Positions 7,335 through 10,240 of a DNA stretch of 10,240 nucleotides are shown in pieces; position 1 is the stretch's first letter; each line of letters begins with the position of its first letter. Under the pieces are notes generated by a model. It had not been told where the DNA came from and did not search any database. It was given only the letters and a program-made list of their open reading frames with translations. Both the position numbers and the translations under genes were made by a program. The DNA comes from an uncultured Gemmatimonadales bacterium (GTDB lineage: Bacteria > Gemmatimonadota > Gemmatimonadetes > Gemmatimonadales > Gemmatimonadaceae). The stretch covers positions 1 to 10,240 of the forward strand of contig CAWBZV010000007.1 of assembly GCA_963793305.1 (NCBI GenBank). The letters are read 5' to 3'.

Positions 7335-8089
7335 TCACGGACGGGTGTAGATGCGCACCCATTCGTAGGCGGAGCGGACAGGCAATTGCGACCGGTCAAT
7401 CGGACCTGCCCACGAGGCGGCCGTTGACAGCCACAGGTTCAGCATCGGCCGCATCTCGCGCGTGGGCACTTGCGAGGCGTTCGTCGTGCGGGCGACGAGA
7501 ATGGTGTCCGCGTACCAGCGCAGCTCGTTCGGTTCCCATTCGAAGGCGTAGGTGTGGAAGCCGGCGGTCGCGTCGAACGGCAGCGTGCGAAGAATGGGGA
7601 ACGGCGGGATCAGCGTCGGGTTTGCGTCGGGTGAGTTGTAGACGTTCGATTGCACGGCGTCCGGGTGGTCGCCGAGGAACTCGATGTCGATCTCTCGCCA
7701 CGGCGGCTCGGCGTAGCCGAACCAACCGGAAATGACCGCGCCGCCCCTGGCCGCGCGCATTCGAACTTCGAAGCGGCCGTACTTGTACTGCTGACGAAGC
7801 TCCAGCTCGGCGCCTGAGTACTCTCGGTCCTCGAAGTGATCGGGGTGCAGGGTCAGTTCCAGATGGCCATGGCGGATCTTGGCATTGAAGGCCTGAACTG
7901 CGCGGCATTGCCATCGAACGTGTGCGTGCCCAGGGACCACACGGTCGTGTCGAGGTGGTCGAACGTGTACGCGAACGCGAGCTTCCAACCGGCGGGCGCT
8001 GGCGTCTCTAGCCAGGGGCGTCTCGGGCTGCGCGCGGCGCACGAGGCGACGAGCAGCACAAGCGAGGCGAGCGCGAGGTGAGTCTCCAC
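7335..8089 (-). CDS. glycoside hydrolase family 16 (lichenase-like beta-glucanase), probable lipoprotein, one frameshift near 7886
   Basis: Catalytic WREIDIEFLG (ExDxE) plus YKYGRFEVRMRAA, FDATAGFHTYAFEWEP and MLNLW. The N-terminus is in another frame: HLALASLVLLVASC (lipobox-like) ...WSLGTHTFDGNAAQF. The start is uncertain (GTG 8089 or ATG 8116). Confidence 0.88.
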
Positions 8090-8987
8090 GGCTCCGCCGG
8101 CCCCGGAGCGGCACATAGCTATCGTATCGGTTTGCGCTGAGCTCCCCTGTAGATGGCGGCGCGGACCGCGCAATCGGGTTCGACGACGTGATGGCAGTCG
8201 GCGAACGACAGCCGCCGAGGTGGGTGACGAACTCGGGGAAGACAGTGGTCGAGCAGGCATTGGCCGAGAGACCCCAGATGCCGACCTCGGCAATGGCGTA
8301 TTGGCGACGTAACCGCCGTCCCGGCAACGGCAGGAGCAAGGCGCCCACCGTGGTGTGGCGGCCCTTGTTGACTGATTGACTGATCGCACCGCTATGTGGA
8401 GGTGTCGAGTTCCGGATACAGCGCATCGAAGAGCGACGACTTCCCGACGCCGGAGTCCCAGAGAAGCGCAACGTGCGGCCCTTGAGCTTGGCCGCCAGCT
8501 TGATCGAGGCCAGCGCGGGTCACGATGCTCGTGAGTGGACTGGATACCCGGCGAAGCGGTATCGGCCAACCGCGCGCGCGAGCGACCGGGTCAACGACGA
8601 AGGTCCAGACCGAATCCACGGACGATATGCGCTTGCAGTCTGGTCCGCTTCGGCAATCACGAGAGAAAGCGATCGAGCATGCAGGTGTGGCTGGGGATTC
8701 GCGGCCGCTGTAAAACACGACGATGACCTGGTCGACGTTGGCGGCGACGATCCGTTCACCATAGGCGCCGCTCGCGTCGCGCGCCGAGGACCGAGCGGCG
8801 CGGCAGGATCTCGGCGATCGCCCATGCCGCCCGCGTCCTCGAGCAGGATGACCTCGTCACCGACCGCCAGCTTGTCGGCCGAAGGATCGAACATGTTCAC
8901 GTGAGGATATGTCCCCTGCGTGACACCGTCGGACGTTCCGTACAGACGACACGCCACCGGTGCCTTGGAGGTCACCTGCGCTGTCAT
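8090..8987 (-). CDS. rsgA: ribosome small subunit-dependent GTPase A, fragmented by many indels, 3' end approximate
   Basis: Motifs appear in order across shifting frames from ATG 8987: LQGTGGV, KLAVGDEV, AWAIAEILPRRSVL, GERIVAANVDQVIVVF, MLDRFL-VIAEA, AGYPVH, SGVGKSSL (P-loop, ~8431-8454), ISQSVNKGRHTT, EVGIWGL, FPEF, CR[F]ADCHHVVEPDCAVRAA (Zn finger) and RYDSY. The NKxD and DTPG segments are garbled. Confidence 0.9.
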
Positions 8988-9271
8988 TGCTCGCGGATCA
9001 AGGCGTCGAGCGTCGTCTTGACGTTCAGTAAGCCTCAGAGCTGATCGAGCGCTGTGGTCACCGGAACTGATCGCGCCGCGCAGACGAAGAGTATCCTCAC
9101 CGATCCTTGATCCCGTCGGCGGCTCGCCATCGCCGATCGAAGAACAGGAGGTAGCCCGCCGGTCTCGTCGACCGCGACGTTGACGGTGTAGGCGCCACCA
9201 TCGACGCCGGTGAACGCCGCGGTGGCGTACTGGACAACACGAAGAGCTGCCAATGTCGACTCATCGTCTAC
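8984..9271 (-). CDS. hypothetical protein between proline dehydrogenase and rsgA, frameshifted, start approximate
   Basis: Fragments DESTL, AFTGVDGGAYTVNVAVDETG, GYLLF..RW and NVKTTLDALIREQ*. The TGA overlaps the rsgA ATG (ATGA 8987-8984). From recall it resembles a small conserved protein found upstream of rsgA in Gemmatimonadota. Confidence 0.55.
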
Positions 9272-9811
9272 CGGCGCCCGGCTCGATCCCGCAGCACGTC
9301 GCCGGGTGACTGTATGTACATCGGCCCGGCTGCGAGCCGGCGCATGAATATACGGATGACCGCGCGCCGAAATGCGGGATGCACACGTGCACGTGATATC
9401 CCGCGTGCACCAGCCTGACCTGCAGGTTGCGCCGGACGCCATACAGCATAACTCGTAGCGTTGCTTCGGCGATCCTGCTGGATGCCGTCAATGCCTGGCT
9501 GGTTCGATCATGCGCTGATCGCGCGTCGCGATGCCCGGGTAATTCCCTCGATCAGGCGCTTCAGCGCACCGGAACGGTCCCTGGTTGACGTCCTTCTGTC
9601 GTGGTAATACGCGATGGCGGCTTCACGATACGCGCCTTTGCAGATCCTGACGCGACATTTCGCCGCAATGGCGTTGGCGATGTTGGATTCGGTCGGCGCG
9701 CAGGGCGCTTTGAAGCACGATCCCGACGTGGTTCCCGAAGACGGGATAGAGGCGATCGTAGAAGAGATGCAGGGTGCGATCCGTGTACGCGCTCGACTCC
9801 ATGTCGACGAT
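9268..9811 (-). CDS. monofunctional proline dehydrogenase, C-terminal two-thirds, frameshifted, 5' part absent
   Basis: Motifs in order across frames: VDMESSAYTDRTL, VGIVLQSALR, RVRICKGAYRE, NYPGIAT[R]DQRMIE, MLYGVRRNLQVRLVHAGYHVHVCIP, PY-FMRRLA and GDVLRDRAGRR* (TAG 9270-9268). These match the PRODH motifs DME, GxVxQ, RxxKGAY, ATHD, MLYG and YxxRRLxE. Confidence 0.88.
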
Positions 9812-10240
9812 GGTCAGGTGTTCTCCGGATACCTCGAACAGCATTCCTCGATCTGCAGCTCATCCGGCGGCTCACTCGCACCTGCACACTCAAGAGGCCG
9901 CCGCGCAACTGGTGGGATCCGGGCTTCCGCAGTCGGCAGCCCGTTTCATGAGTACGATGACGGACAACTCGACGGAGACGGGCAGGGTACCAAAGACACC
10001 GGGCTCGGCGGCATCTTTATGACCTCCTGACCAAGGTGGGTGGCTGGACGAATCCCAGGCGCACATGAACTTCCCCATGACCTTCATCGATCTGTGCAGA
10101 ATCAGCTGAAGGCGCAGGACAGCTCCAACAATGCCGACGCCTTCACCAGGCTGCTGGAAGGCAATGAGCACCGCCGCGCCGGTACGTCAGCGGGATAATA
10201 CGAGCAAGACACGTACCTGGAAAAAATTAGTAGACGACAG
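9812..10240 (+). other. degraded coding-like fragment unrelated to proline dehydrogenase, running off the window end
   Basis: + strand fragments FHEYDDGQLDGDGQGTKD, RARRHLYDLLTKV, WLDESQAHMNFPMTFIDL, QNQLKAQDSSNNADAFTRLLEGNE and YEQDTYLEKISRR look protein-like but change frame repeatedly. No PRODH N-terminal motifs (RFVAGE, DxLGE, SxKLT) were found on the - strand. Confidence 0.3.

Noticed and set aside
5672..7735. Long + strand and alternate-frame ORFs over the DUF3857 and GH16 genes
   Set aside because: They are shadow ORFs expected in high-GC coding DNA, with Arg/Ala/Gly-rich translations and no motifs.
7335..8471. 378 aa RsgA-GH16 fusion ORF
   Set aside because: It is an artefact of indels. 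The GH16 signal peptide and N-terminus are in another frame, and the intervening translation is Arg-rich nonsense.
1..10240. CRISPR array, integron attC array or tandem repeat array
   Set aside because: No regularly spaced repeats were seen on reading through the window.

Overview
The window reads as three blocks in an indel-rich sequence, most likely an unpolished long read or low-coverage consensus. (1) Bases 1 to ~2810 are a lower-GC accessory block. It has a REP-like hairpin at the left edge and an IS1595-family transposase-derived gene that keeps the Zn ribbon and HTH-like region but has no recognisable DDE domain. Two divergently transcribed hypothetical genes follow, one missed entirely by the ORF track. 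(2) Bases ~2810-9810 are a high-GC housekeeping block. On + is bioD (2 frameshifts)-bioB-pdxH. Converging on - is proline dehydrogenase (5'-truncated, frameshifted), a hypothetical gene, rsgA (heavily frameshifted), a GH16 lipoprotein, a secreted DUF3857/transglutaminase-like protein and a DUF6174-like fragment. The gene order and sequence style suggest Gemmatimonadota (inference from recall). (3) Bases ~9812-10240 are an unrelated, degraded + strand coding-like fragment. Both block boundaries appear to cut genes, so they are either chimeric joins or insertion points. The best candidate for new biology is the DDE-less IS1595-derived protein with its divergent neighbours. No CRISPR array, rRNA or complete tRNA was seen. 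All family assignments come from motif recognition by eye, not from database searches.
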